From Squalus acanthias (taxonomy: Eukaryota), in assembly GCA_030390025.1 (NCBI GenBank), contig CM059431.1, forward strand, positions 150,538,001 through 150,602,000: DNA of 64,000 nucleotides, read 5' to 3'. Under the pieces are notes generated by a model. That model did no database searches. It was not told where the DNA came from and worked only from the letters and a program-made list of their open reading frames with translations. Positions within the stretch are counted from its first letter, which is position 1; each line of letters starts with the position of its first letter. Shown here one piece after another: positions 13,283 to 23,636 of this stretch. The translations under genes and the position numbers were made by a program.

Positions 13283-14384
13283 CTTCTAAGCCCACCAGAC
13301 AAAGAGAACGTTATGCAGGGAAAACTAACCTTACTGATAAAGGATATTTCGATGAAAGTCTCATATATGAATTTACATTTTAACTATCATATATTTATAT
13401 CATGCAACATTATGTGGATGGTCACAGAGAGGGAGTGAGGCAATTGTAATAAAACTGGCTGTTTGTACTGAGTATTCTGATTCTTAAAAGCTTAAGATAC
13501 TGAGCTGAGAACTGTAAGATGTTTCAATCGCAATGCAACCATCATCAGGTGTGGCTGCAATTTGCACCTTTTAACCATATGTTTAAGTACTATTGCATGT
13601 ACCGTGTGCTCAATAAACCTGTGACACCTCACGTCAATTTTCAAGCACGTTATGGAAAACTTTACTCTAACAACAGCATGCGTACTTTAATAGTCCGTGG
13701 GGTTCATATATTATTTGTGATTAAGTGCCCCTTTACCCGTCACTCGTTCACGTTCCACTTTATGCTGACGTTCTCAAAACAAACAAACTCCATTTGTTTT
13801 CAGGTCCCCGGAGCCCCGGCTCTGCCAATCCGGCTCGCATCCATCTTCTGGGAGAAGTGGTGATGTGTTGCTGGTAGGACTGAGCAGGAAGTTGATTCTC
13901 ATTTAAGTAGTTTTAGACGACGAACACTATTTATGCCAAGAGTCAGGCAGCAGGTTGAGGTTTTAATTCCGTCAGTCAGTGATGTATCTGCACCCAGCTA
14001 CAATCGTGAGACGGCGCCTTGTGATCAATGACATCATCCAATATAAACAAGTATTATACAACTCAAAGCCATGCAGAAGTAACCATTGCATTACCGTGTC
14101 AAATTCAATCCCATACGGTTGTGCTTCTTCTTCCTGTTTCTAATTTAATAGTTGTTGGGTTTCCTTGAGTCCCCCTATTTCTAATATTAAAGTTACTGTG
14201 TGTCCCTGATATTCTCATCTCCTCTATTTCTAAATAAACGTTTGCTGCATTTCCCTCAATTCCCATATCCGTCATAACATCGCCGACAGCACGTCGGAGA
14301 AACATGGCCGACGGCACGTCAGACAGCCAGCAGACACACGTTCCTCGAACACAGAGGGAGAGAGAATAACGCTGACTAAAGCTC

Positions 14385-14940
14385 AATGACACACACAGCC
14401 TGACGTCACACAGAGTGCAGACTGACGTCACACAGACTGATGCCACACAGACTGCAGACTGATGTAACACAGGCTGCAGTCAGAGTCACGCAGACTGCGG
14501 ACAGAGTAACAAAGACTGCGGACAGAGTAACAAAGACTGCAGACAGAGTCTAACAGACGGCAGCCTGAAGTCACACAGATTGCAGAGTTACACAGACTGC
14601 AGACTTAAATCACACAGACGGCAGAATTACGTCACACTGACTGCAGACAGAGTAACACAGACTGCAGTAAACGTCACATAGACTGCAGACGGTCGTCACA
14701 CTGACTGCAGACAGACGTCACACAGAATGTAGACTGACGTCACACAGGCGGTAGACAGACTCGCACAGATTGTAGATTGACGTCACACAGACTGCAGACA
14801 GTCGCACAGACTGCAGACAACTTCACATAGACTGCAAACTGACGTTACACAGACTGCAGAAAGCGTCACACAGACTGCAGACAGAGTCACACAGACTGCA
14901 GACCGACGTCACACAGAACGCAGACAGATTCACACAGACT
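14385..14940. repeat. Minisatellite, about 20-22-bp unit (CACACAGACTGCAGACTGACGT / CACACAGACTGCAGACAGAGT)
   Basis: Tandem units are visible directly. Several contain TGACGTCA. Confidence 0.85.
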
Positions 14941-15031
14941 TGGCTTTATCAGGGCAGCTGTGGGCACGGAATGAAGCGGCTGCAGTTCCCACCAGAGCCA
15001 CTCAGTGTCGCTATTTCCGTCGCCCATCAGA

Positions 15032-15104
15032 GCCCCGATAGCTCAGTCGGTAGAGCATCAGACTTTTATTCTGAGTGTCCAGGCTTCAAGTCCCTGTTCG
15101 AGCG
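15032..15104 (+). tRNA. tRNA-Lys(TTT), probably a pseudogene
   Basis: The 73 nt match vertebrate tRNA-Lys3 (GCCCGGATAGCTCAGTCGGTAGAGCATCAGACTTTTAATCTGAGGGTCCAGGGTTCAAGTCCCTGTTCGGGCG) with 5 substitutions. These include two in the acceptor stem and GGTTC>GCTTC in the B box. Confidence 0.85.
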
Positions 15105-15434
15105 CTGCTTTCTATCAATGGAAACACCATTTGATTTAGACTTCTAAGCAACGACTTTGTTTATAACCTATCAGTAAAGTTGGTTTATATTTCAAGAAAA
15201 ATGAAAAATATTCTTGTATTATATTGAGGCTACAGGAAAGATCAGCGTGAATTGACAGTTTTTTTTATGGTGCTGAGGCCTATCCAATACATCATAAACA
15301 TTTAGCAGAATTTCCTTGCTTTGTACTCTATTCCTCTGTTAATAAAGCCAAAGTTCCCATTTGTTTTTCAACTACGTTCTCAACTTGTCCTGCCACCGTC
15401 AAAGATTTGTGGACATAAACTCCCGGCGGTGAGT

Positions 15435-16610
15435 TTAGGCCTTCGATAAGGTACCCCATAATAGACTGATGCACAAGGTCAGAGAATGCGGAGTCAGGGG
15501 ACTAGTAGCAGAATGGATTGCTGGCTTGCTTCTGAAAAAAAGCAGAGTGTAGGATTAAAGTGTAGCTATTCACAGTGGCAGAAGTTGAGTAGAGGTATTC
15601 CACAAGAATCAGTGCTGGGATCACTGCAGTGCACAATTTACAGTAACGATTTAGACTTAGGAATCAAAAACACAATTTCTAAATTTGCGGATGACACCAA
15701 ATTACGGGGGCGGGGGAGGGTGGGGGGATAGGCAATACTGAGGAGGACTGCAACAAGTTACAGGAGGACATGAATAAACTTGCAGAATGGGCATATAATT
15801 GGAAAATGAAGTTCAACAATGATAAATGTGAGGTATTACATTTTGGTAGGAAGAATAGGGAGGTCACTTATCACTCGGAGTGTTTGCGTCTAGGTGGGGT
15901 AGAGAGACAAAGGATCTAGGAGTACAAATACACACATCTCTCAAAGTTGCGACACAGGTTAGAAAGGCCATAAAAAGCATAACAAGCATTATGGTTTATT
16001 TCTAGAGAGATAGAATCGAAAAGTAGGGAAGTTATGCTAAACCTGTATCGAACCTTGGTTCGACCACACTTAGAGTGCTGCGTACAGTTCTGGTCGCCAT
16101 ATTTTAAAAAGCATTGAATTGAGAGGCACTGGAGAGGGTGCAGAAAATATTTACAAGGATGATACTAGAAATGTGAGAGTATACATATCAGGAAAGGACG
16201 AACAGGCTGGGTCTCTTTTCTCTTGAAAAAAGTAGGCTAAATGGTGACCTAATAGAGGTCTCTAAAATTATGAAAAAAGTTGATAGAGTGGATACAGAGA
16301 GAATATTTCCACTTATGAGGAAGAGAATAACTAGAGGACATTAATAAAAGCAAGTCACCAAGAATACAATCGGAAATTCAGAAGAAACTTCTTTACCCAA
16401 GGATTGGTGAGAATGTGAAACTCGCTACTACAGGGAGTGTTTGAAGCGAATAGGATAGATGCTTTTAAGGGGAGGCTAGTCAATGAGGGATAAAGCAAAT
16501 GGAGGGTTATGCTGCTAGATTTAGATGAGGAAAGACGGGAGGAAGTTCGTGTGGAGCATAAACGCCGGCATGGACAGGTTGGCCGAATCGCCTGTTTCTG
16601 TGCTGTATAG
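15435..16610 (+). mobile_element. Degenerate 5'-truncated CR1 LINE
   Basis: GIPQESVLG and SKFADDTKL motifs plus a CR1 3' end; many stops. Confidence 0.85.
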
Positions 16611-17045
16611 AGTCATTGAGTCATAACGGCACAGAAGGAGGCCATTCGGCCCATCGAGGCCGTGCCGGCTCTCTGTAGAGCAATTCAGTCAGTTCCATTC
16701 TCCCGCTGTATCCCCGTATCCCTGCAGATTTATTTCCCTCAAGTGCCTATCCAGTCTCCCCTTGGAAACAATGAGTGTGTCCGCTTCCACCACTTCCGTC
16801 GTACAGTGAGATCCAGGCCCTCACCACTCGCTGCGTAAAACAGTTTTTCCTCACACCCCGTTGTATCTCTTTCCCAAAACCTTAAATCTGTGTAGAACCA
16901 CAGGAAAATAGAAGCAGGAGTAGGACATTCGGACCTTCGAGCCTGCTCCGCCATTCAATATGATCATGGCTCATCCTCTATCTCAGTACCATATTCCCGC
17001 TCTATCCCCATACCCCTTGATGTCTTTTGCTTCTAGAAATCTACG
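16611..17045 (-). mobile_element. Two short CR1 3'-end fragments
   Basis: Reverse-complement CR1 tails at about 16611-16890 and 16895-17045. Confidence 0.7.
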
Positions 17046-17058
17046 TATCAAAAGGTAA

Positions 17059-17171
17059 TGTCAGAAGAGGGTTTCGAAACATCGTCTGCTCGAAAGGGAC
17101 CAGAATTCACCAACCTTTGGTAAGGATTAACATGTTGTATGAGTCTGGCGCCTTAGACCACTCAGCCTGAC
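17059..17171 (-). pseudogene. Intron-containing tRNA-Leu(CAA)-derived pseudogene
   Basis: Minus strand reads GTCAGG-CTGAGTGGTCTAAGGCGCCAGACTCATA[~30-nt intron]TTCTGGTCC...TTCGAAACCCTCTTCTGACA, followed by TTTT. It has a 4-nt deletion near the 5' end and the anticodon reads CAT. Confidence 0.75.
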
Positions 17172-17389
17172 AACTATGCAACTGTGTCCCCTTGCCCTTG
17201 TAACACCAACTAGTGGGAACAACCTTTCCCCGTCTAGCCTATCCAAAGTGCGAGAAATATTTCCTGACACCTGTTGATTTTCACAAGAACCATCGGTTTA
17301 TGTCCCAAAAGAAGGCGGCAATTCTCAAACGGATCACGGGCTGTAATTGAGCTCGAATTAGGACAGGAAGATATAGTTTAATTCTTCAT

Positions 17390-18284
17390 TTAATTAACCA
17401 ATATCAAAATCAATGTCCAAGGGGATTTCACCACCTTCTTCAGCTCTTCATTGAATTCGGTTCGGGGTCGCTGCATAAATACACATGTTTCTACAGGAAC
17501 TCAAATACATGAGCATATATCCGCTTTCAGCCAGAATGTATTCAGGGGCTTCATAATCATCCTTGTAGTAAACGGCCAGGCTGTCCGTGAAAATACTCAC
17601 GGTAGCTGTAATCCACAAGAGTAAAAAGCTGCCCAATATAGTGAAGAGTAAAATGATGGATTTTCTCCGGCTCTCCTCTCTGGATCGCTTTGATTCTCAC
17701 TGCTGTGGCCCCGGAGTCCCCTGCGGCCCCCACTGCTTACTACAATGCGTCTGACTGTCAAACAATTAAACATTCATATCAAAGCAAAAGTCAGCAATGG
17801 AACTAAAATACTTCGCAGTTGGAAGAACGATACACATCCAGACGATGAAAAAAAGGCTTCATTGGAGCGGCAACCCCAGGAAACATTGTTAATGATTCGT
17901 TGAGATTCATGGGAGAAACGAAAGGGGATATCCTCTATACAGAACAGCACAGTGACAGTTATTAAACCTGCTGCGGCAGTTCACACTGTGCAATACTTTG
18001 TTTTCAACTTCTGACAACATATCGCTAGAAATCGGTCAAAATTGAACGAGACTGTGAACCACACCGACATATCCAGTGTGACAGTATTGATGTAATGAAT
18101 GGACTTACACATGGCAGTGTAGGACAGGACTGAATGCGGAACGTGGTAACAGAAAATCAGAAACACCAGTAACTGGGAGATGATGACGTAAGATCTGCTG
18201 CCGACATGGCCACCATGTAGACCGAGATACATTTGGAAAGGCCGCAATTTTCGCTGGAGAGAATCAGGCTTGTCAGTAGGTTCG
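17390..18284 (-). pseudogene. GPR139-like GPCR pseudogene (gene 2), exon 2
   Basis: Acceptor TTACAG|CG at 18285/18284. Collinear with gene 1. One-nt deletions at about 18190 and 17675; in-frame TGA at 17981-17983 and 17774-17776. Confidence 0.9.
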
Positions 18285-19110
18285 CTGTAAGGAAGAGGGA
18301 GAAGAGGCCAGTAACGGGGATACTCAGATAAATCTCACAGGATATTGTGGGGGAATGCTCAGATGTGTCCCTACTTAGCGTTACGTACCCCCATTTGTTT
18401 TACTATATAGGCGAGCGTTGAGGAGATTTGATTTAGAAGAAATGAAACACTGAATATTCAATATAGAGGGTCTCAAATTCCGACTCCCTTCCACCGTACT
18501 TCAGACAGCGGTTATATATAATTTCGCTGCAATTGCTGGAAAGATATGGCTGCAATAAAATATTCAGCTGAGAAACATATATTTCCATACATGTCGAAAA
18601 CTCTGCTGCGCTTTTTCTATTTACGGTCGCCCCAGGGGGGAGCTGCTCGGTAACAGAGCGGGAGCTGGTGGAGCCGCGAAGGTTCTTTACAGCCGAGCGG
18701 AGGGGAGCAACTCCCTGAGCGGCTATTGTTGCTCATAATATCTTTCAAAGTCTCCTGCAAACCGAGCAATTACCAACTGATAATAAACAGGGAACAAATG
18801 TACAAATGAGATTGTAACCATGCACACTAGGCAGCACATGCTGTAGTGATCCATATAGTGTTGGAGGGGCCGCGGAATCAGCCTCGCCCTCCCTCAGTAT
18901 AGAGAGGAAAGTTGAGCGCCCGGTGCCCACGATCTACCTGACAGAATAGCGCTTCACCGGCCGCGCGGACTGGTAGGATTCCCACAGATATTTATCAAAT
19001 TATCCCGGTGGCTAAATGACTCTGCAACGGGGACCTTCACGGAATCTGTTACATAATCATTAGCAGTGAGACACTCAACAGCTATTAAACAACAGGATAC
19101 ATTGACTTGC

Positions 19111-19180
19111 TGAGAAAACCAAAGGCTGCAAGAACATGATAGTATATGTCCTTTATCTGTAGAATTATTGGCCGTGCCAT
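19111..19180 (-). pseudogene. GPR139-like GPCR pseudogene (gene 2), exon 1 (MARPIILQIKDIYYHVLAAFGFL)
   Basis: 70-nt homolog of 2889-2958. The donor reads A|GCAAGT instead of G|GTAAGT. Confidence 0.88.
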
Positions 19181-19209
19181 TTTTAGAAGATTGTGTGAAT
19201 TGGCCATCA

Positions 19210-21412
19210 TTTATATTAGAGTAGGGTCGCCATCGTTTATATAAGAGTAGGGTCACCACCAGTAATTTTAGAGTAGGGATATTTCCTGTAAATTTAGACT
19301 AGGTTTACCACGAGTAATGTCAGAGACGGGTCACCACCAGTAATGTTACAGTAGTGTCACCACCAGTAATGTTTGAGTCGGTTCACCACCAGTAATGTTA
19401 GAGTACGGTCACCGCCACTAATGTTAGAATAGGGTCACCACCATTAATGTTAGTGTAGGTTCACCACCAGTAATGTTAGAATAGGGTCAGCACCAGTAAT
19501 GTTATTGTAGGGTCACTGCCAGTAATGATAGATTAGGGTCACCACCAGTAATGTTAGATTAGGTCACCACCAGTAATGTTATGAAGGTTCACCACCACTA
19601 ATTTCACAGTACATTCACCACCAGTATTGCTCGAGTAGGTTCGCCCCCAGTAATGTGAGCCTTGGGACATCAACACTAATGTTAGTGCAGCCTCAGTGCC
19701 AGTACCGTTCGAATAGTGTCACCACAAGTAATGTTATACTCAGTTCACCACCAATAAGGTTAGAGTAGATGTAACTCCAGTAATGTTCTTATCAGATCAT
19801 CAGCAGTAATGTTAGAGTAGACTCACCATCATTAATGTTAGAGGAGGGTCACCAGCAGTAATGTAAAAGTAGGTTCACCGCGAGTAATGTTAGTAGGATT
19901 ACCATCAGTAATGTTAGAATAGAGTCACCACCAGTAATGTTAGTTTAGAATCACCACGAGTAATGTTAAAATAGGGTCACCACCAGTAATGATAGAGTAG
20001 GCTCACCACCAGGAATGATAGGGTCTGGTCACCACTATTAATGTTAGACTAGGTCCACCACCATTAATGTTAGTGTTGGTTCGGCAGCGTTAATGATAGT
20101 CAAGGTTCACCACCAGTAATGTTAGAATATATTCTCCACCAGTAATGTTAAAGTAGGATACCCGACAGTAATATTATATATGTGTCACCACCAATAATGT
20201 CAGCGTTGGTTCACCACCAGTAATGTAATAGTTGGAACACCGGCACTAATGTCAGTGTAGGGTCACCACCAATAATGTTAGACTAGGTTTAACACCGGTA
20301 ATGTTAGAGTCGGGTCAATACCAGTAATGTTAAAGTAGGGTCATCAGCATTAATGTTAGAGAAGGTTCATCACCAGTAAAATATAAGTAGGATCACCACC
20401 AGTAATGTTAAAGTATTGCCATTACCAGTAATGGTAATGCAGATTCCCCGTCAGTAATGTTGGAGTACAGTCATCACCAGTGATGTTAAAATAGACTCAC
20501 CACAAGTAATGCTAAAGTAGGGTTACCGCCTTTAATGGTCGAGTAGGGTCCCCAGCAGTAATGTTAGAGAAGAGTCACCACAATTAATGTTAGTGTAGGG
20601 TCACCATCAGTAATGTTAGAGTAGGGTAACCACCAGTAATGTTAGAGTAGGGTCACCAGCAATAATGTTAAACGAGGGCAACACGGTGGCATAGTGGTTA
20701 GCACTGGTGCCTCACAGCGCCAGGGACCCGGGTTCGAATCTGACCTCGGGTGACTGTCTGTGTGGAGTTTGCACATTCTCCCCGTGTCTGCGTGGGTTTC
20801 CTCCGGGTGCTCCGGTTTCCTCCCACAGTCCAAAAATGTGCGGGTTAGGTTGATTTGGCTATGATAAATTGACCCTTAGTGTTAGGGGGGTATTAAATAT
20901 GTGGGGTTTCGGGGGTAGGGTGGGATATGTGTACTGTGGGGATTAAAGCAGGGACAGGGTACTGGATTTGGATGATCAGCCATGATCGTAATGAATGGTG
21001 GAGCAGGCTCGACGGGCCGAATGGCCTACTCCTGCTCCTAGATTCTATGTTTCGATGTTAATGTCACCACCAGTAATGTTACAGTATGATCACCGCCAGT
21101 AATCTTAGAGTAGGGCCACCAGCATTAAAGTTAGAGCAGATTCACCAGAAGTAATGTTGAAATAGATTCACCGCTACTAATGGTAGAGTAGGGACCCCAG
21201 CAGTAATGTTGGAGAAGAGTCACCACAATTAATGTTAGAGTAGGGTCAGCACCAGAGATATTAGTTTAGAGTCACCACCAGTAATGTTAGAGTAGGGTCC
21301 CCAGCAGTAATGTTACAGTATAGTCACCACCAGTAATGTTAGAGTAGAGTCCCCACCAGTAATGTTACAGTAGAGTCACCAGCAGTAATGTTAGATTAGG
21401 GTCACCACCAGT
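19210..21412. repeat. Second array of the 26-bp unit, same orientation as 704-2512, interrupted by a SINE
   Basis: Same CACCACCAGTAATGTTAGAGTAGGGT unit. About 1.8 kb once the SINE is removed. Confidence 0.95.
20676..21059 (+). mobile_element. tRNA-derived V-SINE (HE1-like) with a CR1-type tail
   Basis: A box (TGGCATAGTGG), B box (GGTTCGAATC), V-domain core TGTGTGGAGTTTGCACATTCTCCCCGTGTCTGCGTGGGTTTCCTCCGG, and a tail shared with the CR1 copies in this window. Confidence 0.9.
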
Positions 21413-21649
21413 TTTTTTTAGATCCTTTTCACAACAGCAGTGTTAGCGCCGATTCATCTTCACAATGTAAAACCAATTTTAAATATGTAATGGATGACAG
21501 AGGATTTCACCCGATTATTATGAGGCCCCAAGAACCTAACGCCTTGACCGGGAGTGGTGCTCCCTTCAGAAATCACATCTCTGGCGCAAAGATCACTTTC
21601 CGATCATTAATTTTAAAGGGCGGATTTTCATGTACTGAGGGACACATTT

Positions 21650-21770
21650 TCCCCATTGGCATCCCCGGTGCACTGTAGCGAAAAATTGTTTGTTACGTGA
21701 TTGTAAGAAACGTCAGTTATTGTGGAAGCTGATTTTTTCACGGGGCACCGAGTGTTCTATAAAGGGGGAG
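21650..21770 (+). promoter_or_regulatory. Candidate promoter of GPCR gene 3: ATTGG at about 21655 and TATAAA at 21758-21763
   Basis: Paralogous to 2700-2815, with the same TATA-to-ATG spacing. Confidence 0.6.
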
Positions 21771-21840
21771 CATTTCCGGATCTCAGATACACTCCAGTCA
21801 GAAACGTGAACCGGACAGAATTCACACAACCTTCTATAAA

Positions 21841-21910
21841 ATGGCACGGCCAATAATTCTACAGATAAAGGAAATTTACTATCCAGTTCTCGCAGCATTT
21901 GGTATTCCCG
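21841..21910 (+). CDS. GPR139-like class A GPCR, gene 3, coding exon 1 (MARPIILQIKEIYYPVLAAFGIP)
   Basis: ATG at 21841, 70 nt, donor G|GTAAGT at 21911. Confidence 0.9.
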
Positions 21911-22716
21911 GTAAGTCCGTTTATTCTGTTGCTTAATAGCTGTTGACTATCTCACTGCTAATAATTATGTAACAGATTCCGAGAATACTCTCATTGCAGA
22001 GTCACTTATCCCAGCGAGCTGAATCGGGGAATATCAGCGGGAATCCGACCAGTCCACGCATTCTGGACATTCGATCCTGAGCATCGTGCGCTCAGGATTC
22101 CTCCCTTTACTGTGGGAGGGCGAGGTTGATTCCCCGGCCCCTCCAACAGTATATTGTTCACTGCAGAATGTGTATGTTTTGTGCCCATGGTGATCATCTC
22201 ATTTGTGCCGTTGTTCCCTGTCTATTCTAAGTTGATAATTGCTCGGATTGCAGCCACCTCCACCCAACAGGGGGCTTTGAAAGAGATTTTGAGCAATACT
22301 GCCGCTCGGCTGCAAAGAACCTCTGCGGTTCCATCAGGTCTCGCTCTGTTCCCGAGTAGATCCGCTCGCGGTGATTATAAATCGGAAAATCCCAGGTTAT
22401 CGACGTTTGTAGTATGCTTGCATTTCAGTTGAATGATAGCTTTGAATTCATATCTTTGCAGTAAATGCTGTAAAATGATTTTTAATATTTTTCGAGGACT
22501 GAAGGAACTATGCTGGAAGGACGCGGGATTTTAAGTCCCTCTAGTGTTCAAAGATTTATTCTTTTTAAACATGATGCCGTCAACGCTCGCCGATGTATAA
22601 AAAAGTATTAATGTGCATAACCCTAAATAGGGACACATCTGAACTTTCCCCCACTTTATGTTTTAATGTATAGATGGGTGTTCCCGTGACATACCTCGTT
22701 TCCCTCTTCCTTACAG

Positions 22717-23636
22717 CGAACCTACTGACAATCGTGATTCTGTGCGGAGGAAATTGCGGCCTTTCCAAATGTATCTCTGTCTACATGGTGGCCATGGCAA
22801 CAGCAGATCTACTGGTCATGATCAACAATGTGATAGTGTATCACACTTTTACATATCACTTTCCAGGTTCTTTCCTGTCCTACACCGCCGTCTGTAAGTT
22901 AATTGTGTACGTGAATTCTCTCGCACTAGATATGTCGGTGTGGCTTACAGTCCTGTTCACATTTGACCGATTTGTAGCTATATGTTGTGAGAAGTTTAAA
23001 ACAAAGTATTGCACAGTCAAAACGGCTGTCGCTGTTGTAACAACCGCCACTGTCCTCTTCTGTTTAAAGAACATCACCTTTTGGTTTGCATATGAACCTG
23101 AGCGAATAACTAACAATGTTCCCTGGGGATGTCGCTCCAGAGTGGACTTTTTTCTATCAGCTGCAGGTACAGCGTTCTTCTGGTTACAAAGTATTTTTAT
23201 TCCATGGCTACCTTTTGCTTTGATATTTCTGTTTAATTGTTTGACAGTCAGACGTATTTTAGTGGCCAGCAGAGCCCGCAGGAGACTCCGGGATCACAGC
23301 AGTGAGAATCAGAGCGATCCAGAGATGGAGAATCGAAGGAAATCCATTATTTTACTGTTCAGTGTATCAGGTAGTTTTATAGTGTTGTGGCTGACAGCTG
23401 CCGTGAGTTTTTTAACTACCAGACTGACAAACCCCGAGCATAAGCGAGGCGATTATGCAGCCCCTGCGTATGTCGCCACAGTAACCGGATATTTACTCAT
23501 GTATTTGAGCTCCTGTACAAACACCTGCATTTATGCAGCGACCCAAACTAAATTCAGGGAAGAGCTGAAGAAGTTGGTGACATCTCCTTGGGCATTGATT
23601 CTGACTTTGGTTAAATTAAATGTAAAATCAAACTGA
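22717..23636 (+). CDS. GPR139-like class A GPCR, gene 3, coding exon 2 (spliced product 329 aa)
   Basis: Acceptor CTCTTCCTTACAG|CG at 22716/22717. Open to TGA at 23636, with seven hydrophobic segments and ANL, MATADL, FDRF, NTCIY and KFREEL motifs. Confidence 0.93.

Noticed and set aside
14105..14470. 121-aa minus-strand ORF as a possible gag start
   Set aside because: Its first part is translated minisatellite and the rest has no motif I can recognise.
22674..22716. ATG at 22674 as the start of a single-exon 320-aa GPCR
   Set aside because: This stretch is the polypyrimidine tract and acceptor, the ATG is not conserved in paralogs, and the conserved exon at 21841-21910 supplies the first half of TM1.
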